Positions 1 to 11,166 of a stretch of DNA of 64,000 nt are shown piece by piece (position 1 is the first letter of the stretch; each line of letters starts with the position of its first letter). The stretch covers positions 99,264,001-99,328,000 of the forward strand of contig NC_045696.1 in the NCBI RefSeq assembly GCF_009834535.1. Direction: 5' to 3'. Source of the stretch: Camelus ferus. Its lineage: Eukaryota. Made by a program: the position numbers and the translations under genes. Under the pieces are notes generated by a model. The model was not told where the DNA came from. It was given only the letters and a program-made list of their open reading frames with translations, and ran no database searches.

Positions 1-696
1 CATTTTGAACTTGGCCTAAATCTTGACACCATCTCGCCCAGCTTCGGTCCAGAGCAAGCAAAGAACTCCTCTTTTTTAAATGCTATCAGCCATTGGGAAC
101 TGAATTAACCCTGTGTCCTTAGGGGGAACCCCAGGTATGTGTCTGCACTGTCCACGACAGGAAAGGGATGGTGTAAGCGCCATGTGTCCATGAAGTTGAC
201 ACATTTCCCTGGAAAATGTTGGCTCCCTGTGCTCTCATTATGATTGATGGCCACGAGGCTTTTTAATAAAATTATAGATGATGAATTTAGTTCAATCCAG
301 AGAGGTCAAATGATCAGCCTTGACTTAAGATTCAAATAGTAAATCACATGGAACAAATTCACATCGTCCTCATCATCCCCAGTCACCATGGAAGTGAGCT
401 GGGACTTTGGCTCCATCTTACTCTAAACAAAGGCCAGGAGCCCAGGAAGTCAGAATGTCAATGTCTCTGTCATCAGGTTGGGTAATTTTATTAGCCCTCT
501 TGTAAATTTTATCAACCCATGTTAGTACACACTACCCTGCTGGGCCACCAGACGCCTTGCTTTCCTTAGCCTTGCCCGTTAGGAACATGTATCCTTTGGG
601 ACATAGTGGTGTTTGTGGAGCTGAGAAGCAGGTCCTGGAACGAGGAGGTGCTCACAGTCCCTCTGAGTTTCCTAGATTATCTTTAAGTAGGAAAAG

Positions 697-717
697 GAGA
701 GAGAGAGAGAGAGAGAG
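697..717. repeat. (GA)10 microsatellite
   Basis: gagagagagagagagagagag read directly. Confidence 0.95.
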
Positions 718-3700
718 CGCAAGAGAGAAAGGGAGTGCAGAGCCAGAAAGAGAAGATTTTAAAGGATGGCTGAACTGCTACAAGCCTGTATTCAGGTCTA
801 TTACGACCTTGTCAGCCAACTCGGCTCCAAGCATAAACGTGAGGCGTTCACTGGGTGGAGAGCAGGAGGGGGACTCCGATTCCCTCTTGGAGCAGGGACT
901 TCAGAGTTTAGCCTTTGCCCCTTTGTAAAATATACATCAGGAATAAAACGACGGCCCATTAAAGGCCACAATCAGAACCTATAAAAATGTTGGGAGCGAC
1001 TTCAAAATATTTTCAAACACTACTTTTTTAATACACAACGGAGAGTTATTAAGCGGCTTCTTGGTGAAGGGAGCATGGCTTCCGCAATCATCAAAAATTG
1101 ATATGTATCGCTAGTAAAGTAATTATGCGCCATCCTGAGGATAAGGGAGCCGGCAATTGTTAATCCACTTGCACACCCGTTGACTTGCAACATCAAGCTG
1201 CAAATAGCTTAATTAAGTCATACACGTGGACTATAACCATATTGTTCCATTGCATTATGCACACTATATCTCAATTTATTGGGACAATTAATGCAAGAGC
1301 TCCACCTCAGGCAGGCGGGAAAATCATCCACCTTGCACCCAAGTTCCTTTCATTGATACTTGCCCAACACAGAGAGCCAAGAACAAGTGAGAATTAAGAG
1401 ACTGAGACAGAGATGTCAGGTTAGGAGTAGGGGTGGAATTTGTCAAGAGCAAATGTTGGCCCAGCAGAATTGTCCAAATGGAGTACCCTAAAAGCTGAGG
1501 CTAAGTGAGTGTCTTGGACAGACTACAATTCATCTCCTCTGAGCTGGACACGTATCTAAGTGAGCAGAGTCCCCAGCAGTTTACTTATTAATTGTAAAGC
1601 GCAAAGCAAAGCCTACTCATTAATCATAAGAAATCTTCAGCCCAGAAGGTCAGGGGTCTGTTAGGAGAGCGATGTAAATCAACTCCACCCCACCCCCCAC
1701 AAACATCTATTGGTCACAGGCAGTTTGTTTTTCTGAGTTAAAACCACAGAAATCCTCAGCATAAAGCCAATAGATTTCCCCCCACGTCCAAGAAGCCTAA
1801 ACCCAAACTTCATTTCTGAATTTCCTCTCTCTCCCACCACCATTCTTGAAGGTGTAAATATTTGAGGTGATGCACAGCTGGAAACGCTGACACCCTCCTG
1901 GAAAGTATCCTTGGCAACAGGAGGAATGGAGAGGAGGGAGACGACTTCGCCCCAGGCCAGGGACTCTTGACTCAGCTTCCCCCACATGTTCAAAAGAGTC
2001 CTGGAGTGGAGTTGGACCTACTGTACTCCTTTCTGTTAAGGATGCGGGACACTTGCACCACCTCTAACTTGAGTGCCAGGCAGTGCTCTAGCTTGGGTCT
2101 GAGTTGCGTGATGCCCAAAGGAGGCAAAACATTGAAGGAAGTCTGGTTTTCATTGCCTCTTCAGACCAGGTGGAGACCAGGAATCACCTTTAAGCATTTC
2201 AGACATCACAAATGACTGGGGGATTCTGAGTGGCGGTAAAAGGGCACGTCCCGTAGGTGTCACTTAACGCTGGTCGATGTGGGCCAGCCTCATGTCTTGT
2301 GGATTTCTAGCTAGGTTGTCCCACAAAATGGGGGTGTTGGTTTTGACAGCATATTTCAGAGATGTGTCTTGGATTCTGATCTGCTGCCTCTTTCTGGAGC
2401 AGCTGAGGGATACAACTCACATTCTGGAGTCAACCCCGCCTCCCCACCCCCTCCGCCTGCAGGTGTGCTGGGGAGATTCTTCCTGGCATCCTCTGCAGAA
2501 AAATACTTGAGCTGGAAGCTCCAAGGTGTGAACTTGGAGTGAGTGGGGTGTGCTGGCTGGACCTTCTCAGCTGCCCCTGCATCTTTCTGCACTTCCCCTC
2601 CCCCTGTTTTTCCCCCTTTACTTCCAACAGATAGAAAAGTGAGCACCTCATTTTTTTCAAAAGGTCTTTTCCAACCCAGTTCTGGAGGCTTTTTCTGGGA
2701 TCTGAGCATCGTTGATAACCAGGGTTGGGGATACTCCTGGCCTTCCCCAAGATACCTGGGTTCCACAGCTCAGCACAGGGAAAGGAGGGGGACAACCAGG
2801 CCCCCATTGGGGCTGGATTGTTGTGGGAGGGAGGGAAGAGTTAGTCAGATCCCAGGACCATCAAGGTCTCTGTTGGGTTCCAGGGGCCTGAGTCTGTATC
2901 CCTAGAGCCATGAGAGTGAGGACATGGGTCCAGGGAGCCTATGCCTCGAGGCACAGTTACCACAGAGGCGACACCAGCATTTACAATAAAACAGCAATCC
3001 TTTCAACACATCAATAAATGTTTATTGTGAACTTTCCATATACATGCTTTGCATTTATAGTCCTATTTAAAACAAACGAACCCAAAACCCCAATTGAAAC
3101 AGATTTTGTTTTTATGCCCATTTTAGAGATGTGGAAAGAGGGCTAGGACTTTATTTAGGGTCCCTCAGCCAGGAAGTGGCACGGAGCAGGCCAGCTGTTC
3201 TCCTTCCCTGGGCTGCCTCTCCCCTTATGTTGGAGAAGGTCGGGACAGTTCAGATAGTGCCTCCACTTTCTCTGCCCACCTCAGGATCGCTGAGTCGTTG
3301 CCTCTCGAATGCTAACCCTTGCTATTCCGGAGCCCTGTCCTCTTTCCGATCCATGCCCCAAGCCCCCCGCAATTGGTGAGGGGGTGCCTTCTGGGTTTAG
3401 ACCCTGTATTTGTGTGGATCAAATCGCCAGTTCTTTCTAAAAACCCGCCCTTTCACACTCAGTCCTCTAGCCTGGACAGTTGCAGCCAAGGCTAGGATAG
3501 GGTCCAGCTGGAGGCCTTCCCGGAGGTGGTGGCCAAACTAAATCCTGTCAGGGATGGCGCTGAGGAATGGAATCTTGGGTGCCTTCGGACCTTCCTCTTA
3601 TTTGGAGAGGAAGAGCCCAGGCGCTACGTCTTGTCTTGTTTTTACTGCTCCTCCCACCCCGTCCCCTCACCTCCCACCTTTTTCCTGTTTAGCTAAGAAC

Positions 3701-4705
3701 AAAGTTTAAATAGGATGCATATTAATTTCACAACTCCCATTCCAAAGTTGGGATGGAACCGCGGTGGCCACTTTAGTCTGTTCCTCTGATGCCTAAGGAT
3801 ATCATGGGGGATCCCTGAGACATTTACTGGGAACCTAAGGCTCTTCGGGTTGGGATCTCAAGGGAGGGATGCAGGAGAATACAGGGCTGACGAGTGAGCC
3901 AAGTTCTGATTTTCTGCGGGGAGTGGGGCGGGGGCGATGAGGCAGGATGGGGTGAACATATTTGTCCTTATATTCAAAGGCCTTAGCTGTCAAAGGCCAC
4001 TGCATTTGAACCAAGAACCTGATGATGGGCTGCAACGAGTCTGCCTACCGCACTCCAAAGTTTAACTCCATTGTCAAAGGGGAAGTCGAAAAGTGACTTC
4101 TGCAAATCCTAAGAAGGGGGTCTCACCAGCAGCTCTGGGATGAGGAGTGGGGTGGGGGACCACAAGGGAAGTGGCAGGGAAAAAAAAGAGCGGGGAAATC
4201 AATTGAAAAAAAAAAATAAAGATACACGCAGGATTAAATAAACTAAGAAGCTCAGTCGGCAGAATTCCAGATCTGGGTTTTGAAACCAAGAGGGTCCATC
4301 TACCTTTGGCCATCTGGCTGTTTTAAGCTCTGCCCCATGCTGTATGATTTTAGCTGAAAATCTCTTCCGTTGCAGCTTCGCTTTTATTGAATTCATCAAA
4401 AGCAAACTTTCCCTGAGTTTTTTTTTTTTTTAAGAAGGCTAAAATAATACGCCGACCACTGTGACATTCTCTGCGCCCAGGCCATTTTTCATAACGCCGC
4501 GGATCCGCTTTTGTGCCTCTGAGGCGACTAAACAGATGAATAACGAGCAAAGTCTCCCGAAAGTAAGCTAGCAGCTTTTCTCAGCTCGAAAAAAGTTAAC
4601 TGAAATGAGAGGTGCATGTAAAAACCCACACCCAAAGATGGGGGCCACACTTTTATTACTCTGAATGACAACGACGTCTTTTTAAAAGCAACTAACTCCC
4701 ACACC

Positions 4706-4744
4706 CGCGCTCGCGCACACATACACACACTCACACACACACAC
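4706..4744. repeat. Imperfect (CG)/(CA)n microsatellite
   Basis: cgcgctcgcgcacacatacacacactcacacacacacac. Confidence 0.9.
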
Positions 4745-4935
4745 TAGCACACTTGCGCACACAAACCACACAAACTTTAAGCCTTGTGAAGCTGCCCAGG
4801 TGGTGTTTAGGAAATTTTGGTAAAGAAAGAATGAAGTATTTCAGGCAGACGGTAGCTGGCAAGATGTGAGAGGGGGTAAAAACCCTGTTTGATTTAGTTT
4901 TAGTTTTGTTTGTTATTTTTATTTTAAAATTACAG

Positions 4936-5043
4936 CTAGTTTGAAAGTTGGTTTCTGGCAAGAGGAAAGAAATGGCTGCAGCACTAAAGGAAGAATCAAA
5001 ATGTTAAAAGGACGCTCAAAATGTAGTATTGTAGCAGGTCGGG
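4936..5043 (+). other. Candidate non-coding exon (108 nt)
   Basis: T-rich tract + tacag acceptor (AG 4934-4935) and GGG|GTAAGT donor at 5044; upstream AAA|GTAAGC donor at 4563. Confidence 0.35.
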
Positions 5044-7049
5044 GTAAGTTACTTTTTTTTTCCCCCTGTTTTCTCTTTGGTTTTGGAACGCAGTTTAAAA
5101 TGCACTTTGGGGAGAGTTTTCCAGTGGTTTCTAGGGAAGAGGAACTAACCCCAGGCTTCCTCCTGGGATGGATGCCTCCTGCGACTTTGCTCTGGTTTTG
5201 CGGGTGTTTTACAGGGAGGTGCCTTCCTCCTGAACCCTGCCATCACCGGCCCAGAAGCCCTGGAGGCCTGAGTCCCGCGGTTCGGAAACCCGCGCTCCGG
5301 CCACAGAGGCAACAAGTCCTGGACTCCAGCCCCGGGCGAGCCCCGCGCCGCTCCACAGCTGAGCCAGGGGCTCGCCTCCCAGGAATGAATTTTGCACTTG
5401 TAAACTATTTGCCTGTGGACGCGCACAGCTGCGACCCTCGGGTTTATCAGGGGAAAAAACTCTTTCCTTAAATGGACGGTTTGGAAAAACTCAGCCATTG
5501 GTTCTCGCCAGATGATTATTGATGCAAAGTAAACCCTACGGGTTGGAGCGCGCGCGCGTTTGTTTAACCCTAAAAGTCTTCCCCTTCCGAGTTGCTCAGG
5601 ATGACAACACTCGAAGTCGTTTGTATTTTTTTCAGGGGTTAGGAAAAGAACTAGGGGTGATCTGTCTGAGGCGGCGTAGACCTACATTAGTGTGAGAGGC
5701 GTGTTTCACCGGAAAGCGATGCCCTATGTTAGCTCAACAGTAGGAAAGTGGCCCCAAAGAAACTGGAAAGGCGGCTAGCAGCGCGCGCCCTCGCGTTTCC
5801 ACAGACGTGTTACAAATGCGTAGTTACATGGTTATGTGCACTTTCCTAGCATTAACCCGCGGCTCTGGCATTCAGTTCTGTGGTTTAAATAATATTGTCG
5901 GTCTGCTGTGTATTTCATGACACGAACGTTTAGGCCCTTGCCGAGTGGTCGTTCATTTAAGCCCTAAACCACGTCCTGCAAGTGTCTGCCGTGAGCCAGG
6001 TTTTATTTATTGTTATTAGTCCTCCGCTACTCAAGAACGTGGAATAAACACGTGATGCACTGAAGGTTGGGCAGAGCTGATGCAGATGTTGGCAAACACG
6101 TATTTGCCAGTTATTTCCGAGGAAGTTAGAGAAATTGATTCAGGCAACCAGACAGAAATTGATAAGGGAACTGATCGCGGATCGGAGATGATTTTGTTCA
6201 TTAGCAGGAGCGATTCCTGCGCTTGGGTCTGGCGGGGCGAGCATATAAAATGCAACTTTTGCCCCATTGGTTCGCTAGGTGAATTAGCACATACTGGGAC
6301 TGAACAGTCCTTGACCTTTGCCTTTATGTTTGCGCAAATGTTTGCCTAAAACACAATCGGCCTTGACAAGGGAGCATGCTACCGTGTGACACTGCCTATT
6401 CACCAGATAGATGTTCCCTGCCACACACGACCCAGAGCAGACTTTTAAATAGCTTAGGTATTTGTACAAACCATATAAATTAATGTCGGCTGATTGTTAG
6501 TTGCTGGTTAAATAGAAGACAACTTGGGTGTGGAATACACATCTCTCTCTGGCTTTTTTCCCCCTTCTTCAAAAAAGTCGATTAGATAATCAGGAAACAA
6601 AACCAGTAGTGAAAGAAAGTTTGTTTAGGGTAGTCAACAGATTCTTGTTTGATCAAATGGGCACTAGACTGTAGTTCCTTACAAATGACTTTTCCACAAA
6701 GATGGGGAGTGAATGAATGAAGAGTGGGGAAAACTGAGGGACTAACGCTCAGGACAATTGGGGAGGTTTGGGAAATGAACCCGAAGATCCTGGAGGATTT
6801 ATTGTTCCTGGAGGAGCCATGAGAGTCCAGAAACTCTCCGGGCCCTGGGTACCCTGTGGGACTGGGAAGTTTTCCCGATTCCTGAGCTTTATGGTTCTGA
6901 ATACTTCCTCCAATAAAACTAAATACTTTAGCAGGAGGAGAAAAACATCTTGTTGAAATCTAAAATTGGTTTAAACCCTCTTTTAACCCCCACATTGTAG
7001 ATCTGAAATGATTTAGAGGACTGGGCTGCCTTTCCCTGAACTTTGACAC

Positions 7050-7064
7050 GGGGGGGGGGGGGGG
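7050..7064. repeat. G15 homopolymer
   Basis: 15 consecutive G. Confidence 0.95.
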
Positions 7065-9769
7065 AAGAACTTCCCTGGGCTGTGCTTTCTATCTGGGTTC
7101 AGAATTTTCCACATTCCATTCATTACCAGCAAGATGGTTTAAACTCGCCAACTTCCAGGCTTAATTTCTGGAGCAGATAGAACTGCAGAAACCGGGAGGA
7201 AAAATTAAGAGGAACAGGAGCATTTGTAGCACTCTCTTTAGGGAGTGTCATTCCTTTGGGAGAGAGGAGTGTTTATTTCGTTCCAAAAGGATGCAATTGA
7301 CCAGGGCAGCACCAACTCTAGCCACAGCCTGGGGACACGGATTTGAATGTCTGAGAGCCTCTCTGGTTTCTCCAAACATTGACCGGGTCTCTGTCAGGCT
7401 TCCTTTAACTGTCTGCAGGTGGAGAGGAAGATGGGTCACCAGTTCTCCTTGGAAGTGCCTTCTCTTGTTCGTTGGGCAGAAATTACTTTCTCTCTCTGGT
7501 GGGCTATGGGTCAAAACAGGGGGAGGTTTGTTTAACAAAAGCTATGTTCCACATAGAATTTTGGTGGAGCATGAAAGTAGCAGAAAGTTCTAAACAACCA
7601 GTCCAGACTTCAAAAGAAAAAGATAAATTTGAGAACAAGCACCTTGCAGAGAATTATATGGAGAGGCTTAAAAGAAGAGTGATATAGGAGAAAATTAAGG
7701 AGACTACTTCTATTTTTCAATAATTTCCTGTTAAGAATTTCTTAATTAATAGTTAAGACTCATTAGTTTATTCTTATTATGTAATTAATACTGTGGTAGG
7801 TATGAATCATTTCAAAACAGTTTCATAATTTTGACAGAAAACAATGTGGATGGTAGCCTGTGTGTTTTGACTTTAGGTTTAGAAATTCAGGGAATTAGAT
7901 ATACCTAGAAATCATACTCGAGTTCTCAGAGGATATTTGCTTATTTCCTTAAATTACAATCATTTAAACCATTTAAAAATTGTTTCATTTAAAGTAAAAT
8001 TACTCCAGGTATTCTCTTTTCTCTCCCTGTCCCTTCTCACCAACCCCCAATCTTTTAGAGAATTTAGGAATTAAAGCTATAGAAATGCACATTTGAGGAC
8101 TCTATTCTGAGATATTCTACAATGACATGGAGAAAGCAAGGCAGTAATACGTTTCTAGCCTCTAGCAACATATTTCTAGCTATTCTGTAGCTGTGCTTGT
8201 GGTAGATGAAATTTGTTCAGGCTTATGAGTGAACTGGGACCTAGAATCCACAACCCATGATGAGGACTACAGGTTCAAGTCTAGTTATTGTAAAAATCAG
8301 TTTAGGAATTCAAGAAATTTCCAAATTTGCTTAGTTTTAAGTAGATACATTTTAATAAAACACAACTAATTAGAAACATCAATGTTATGTAAAACATATT
8401 TCATATACATTCTAGGTATCACCAGTTAAAGTATTTAGTCCATGTATTCACTTAATTATTCAATTATAACGAATCGAATAAAAAATGAGAGATGATCAAT
8501 TCAGTCTACTGCTGGCAGACATCTAGAAATTGTGCATATTTCTGGCCAAAGCTAAAATAGCATTAAATATTTATATTGTGATATCTGTAGTTGGTTTTAT
8601 CTAGCAGTGTTCAAGAAGACATAGAGTAATTTATTGATATAAATGAAGACAAACAAAGCATAAATACCCAAACTATTCTTATTTGAGTAACACAACTTTA
8701 ATGTAGAAGAAAGGAGAAAATAATTTTAATCATTTTTGAAAATAATTGAGCTTTTATAGTAACGTGTTTCCTTAGAGCAAAAAAAAAAAGATGTAAAATT
8801 AGTTTGTAACTTTGAAAAATTAAGGTAACTAATTTATTCTTATGAGTTGAGTATTTCAGAAAATCTCTGAAAATACATTTGCATATGAAATACATGTTCA
8901 TTAAAGGTAAAGTGATTGCATTTAGCTGACACAGAATGTAAAATCTTTTAGATGACTCTACAGTATAGATTAACTTCTATGTTAGTAATAGTCTTATTGA
9001 CTTGCCTGTAAAATGACATTTGTCACTATCTGTGAATCCATACTTTACTCTGCAGTGAAATTAAACTGAAAAAGTAAAGTTAGGTTTCAGGTGCTGGAGT
9101 GAGCATCCTAGACCTTCCTCCCATTCTATGCCCTCAAAGATAATTCTTTTCCCCTAATTTATGCAGACATGCTTATATTGATTTCATAATCCTCAACGAT
9201 TACTAGCCATTAAATTCCATTCTACTCAGCACGTGAAAACATACAGATGGTTTGGAGGCATGTGAATTTTACCTTTAACGACCGAACTTGAGTTCAAATA
9301 GCCCAAATATGCCACCTCCAGGCATTGTATTTGTGCATATGAATAGTTAGGCTATGTTAAAGTCGGGGTTCAGAGACCAGCCATTCTCTCTGGTTGGTGA
9401 CAAGTCTAGATTTTCCTGGTACAGAAAAAAAGAGCCTTTCTCATCTCCATTTTAATTCAGCCTCTGACCAAATAAATTGTGCTTCTATTTCCAACGCCTA
9501 TTGCATCCGACATCAGGCCCTAATTACCTACACCTGGCAGAGAGAATGGGGAGGCCGCGGCAATACTGAGCTGGGAGTGAATGCCACAGGGCATTTGGAA
9601 GGGGTCACGCCAAGATTCGCCCAAGAAGTGAAATTTAAGACCTGGATACGGAGAAACTGTTCCTATGCATAGTCATGAGAAATCCCGGACTTCGAGAAGC
9701 CTGGACCCCATTTTAATCCTTTTTTTTTTTTTTTTTTTGGTAAATGTTGTGAATTCAGAGAGAAGGAGG

Positions 9770-10140
9770 AGGGAGCGGTGAAAACATTAGAGGGGGCTGC
9801 AGGACCCGGGCAAGCGGCCACACCTGAAAGCTTTTGGGAACCACGTTCTCACCTGACATTTCAGGCGTTCCCTTAATTTGCCAATAGGGCTCCGCGGAGC
9901 GCCTGTGTGCGTCAGCCACTCGCTGAAGCAGATCCCCCTGGGAGTGCGAGCGTGGCAGGTACCGGGAGCGCGCGGAGGGGTGGGGGCTCGTTCTCGGATT
10001 TATCTGAAAGGCGGCTGGTGGGGAGCCCGGGGCCAGGAGTAAGGTTTTCCTGGCTCCCTCCGCCGTCGTCCCGCTTTTATGACCCCTGTTCATTTGCACT
10101 TCCCGCCTCCCGAAGCAGCTTGGGAGACCACCGGGCGAGC
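9770..10140. promoter_or_regulatory. Small CpG island, promoter-like
   Basis: CpG dense; CCAAT at 9881-9885; CAG|GTACCG donor-like site at 9959. Confidence 0.6.
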
Positions 10141-10149
10141 CCTTGCCAG

Positions 10150-10725
10150 CTCTAACCTCACCTTCTCCCACTTCCTCTTACCCCTCTCACCCTCTTCTTC
10201 TCCCTCAGTCCTCCACAGATCCTCTCCTCCGCGCACGCCTTCCCAGCCCTTCAGACCTTTCCCTTCCTTTCACCCCTTCCACAGCAACCCACCAACTCTT
10301 CATCCCTCCTCACTCCTCACCCATCTCGTATCTTTCACCCGTGCGCACCCCTTCCCCCCACACCCCGTTAGACTCCTACACATGCTCTCACAACCCCGGA
10401 GAGCCCCTTCCCTTCTGTCACCTCTGCATCTTCCTGGTCCTTTTACATCCCTCACTCCCCTCTCCTGCCTTCACACCTCCTCATCCTCCACACTCCTTAT
10501 ATGCCTCCTGGCATCACCCCCACTTCTTACACCCACTTGATTCGTGTCTCCCACGCCACTCACACACCTCACACGCAGACTCCTACCCTCACTCATGCAC
10601 ACAAGCCAGCCCCTCAGACTGCCTTTTGCCTGGTGGTATTTGAGCTCCTCTCTGTCTGTTTTGGAGAAGCCAGCTTCCAGCCTCTTCCTCTCCAATCCCT
10701 CCTCTCTCCACATTTCCTTCCATAC
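10150..10725. repeat. C/T/A-rich (G-poor) low-complexity tract
   Basis: Runs of cctc/cacc/cttc/cacac with very few G on the + strand. Confidence 0.8.
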
Positions 10726-10974
10726 TAGAGGTTAGTATCTCCCCTGCCCCATTCTGGACTTCTCTTTGGAGAAGAGAATATGGCTGCCCCCCGCTTCACT
10801 TTTCACCCATGAGGAGCAGCTAGAAGCCAGTCCTCTGATTTGACTTCTCTGCTCTCAGGTCTCAGCTTCAGAGAGCTATTCCCAGACTCTCCTTCCAGAT
10901 TTGTCTCCCAAATTCAGAGACACAAACTTCTAAGTGGAACATTTTTGTCAGCAGAGTGGGTGGTAGGGTTCTTT

Positions 10975-11166
10975 AAACTGGTGACTCTTCAACATGATCA
11001 AGCTTCAGAATCACTCAGAGTCTGTTAAACAAAACAACCAGAGATTGCTGAGCCCCACTCCCAGAACTTCTGACTCATAAGATGTGAGGTAGGACCTGAG
11101 AATTTGCATTTCTAATGAGTTCCCAGGTGATGCTGGGGCTGCTGCTCTGGGACCACATTTTGAGGA
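10975..11166. mobile_element. MER5A-like hAT-Charlie DNA transposon (MITE)
   Basis: cagaatcac...gagattgctgagccccactcccaga...gagaatttgcatttctaatgagttcccaggtgatgctg...ggaccacattttgag matches the recalled MER5A consensus. Confidence 0.85.

Larger units (their letters stand above)
4440..6240. promoter_or_regulatory. CpG-rich island/promoter-like region
   Basis: Dense CpG (cgccgc, cgcgctcgcg, gcgcgcgcgcg, cccgcgccgc) compared with the CpG-depleted rest of the window; judged by eye. Confidence 0.7.

Noticed and set aside
300..440. Minus-strand acceptor-like site followed by ATG (MEPKSQLTSMVTGDDEDDV...)
   Set aside because: Short, hits a stop, has no convincing donor and matches no protein I recognise
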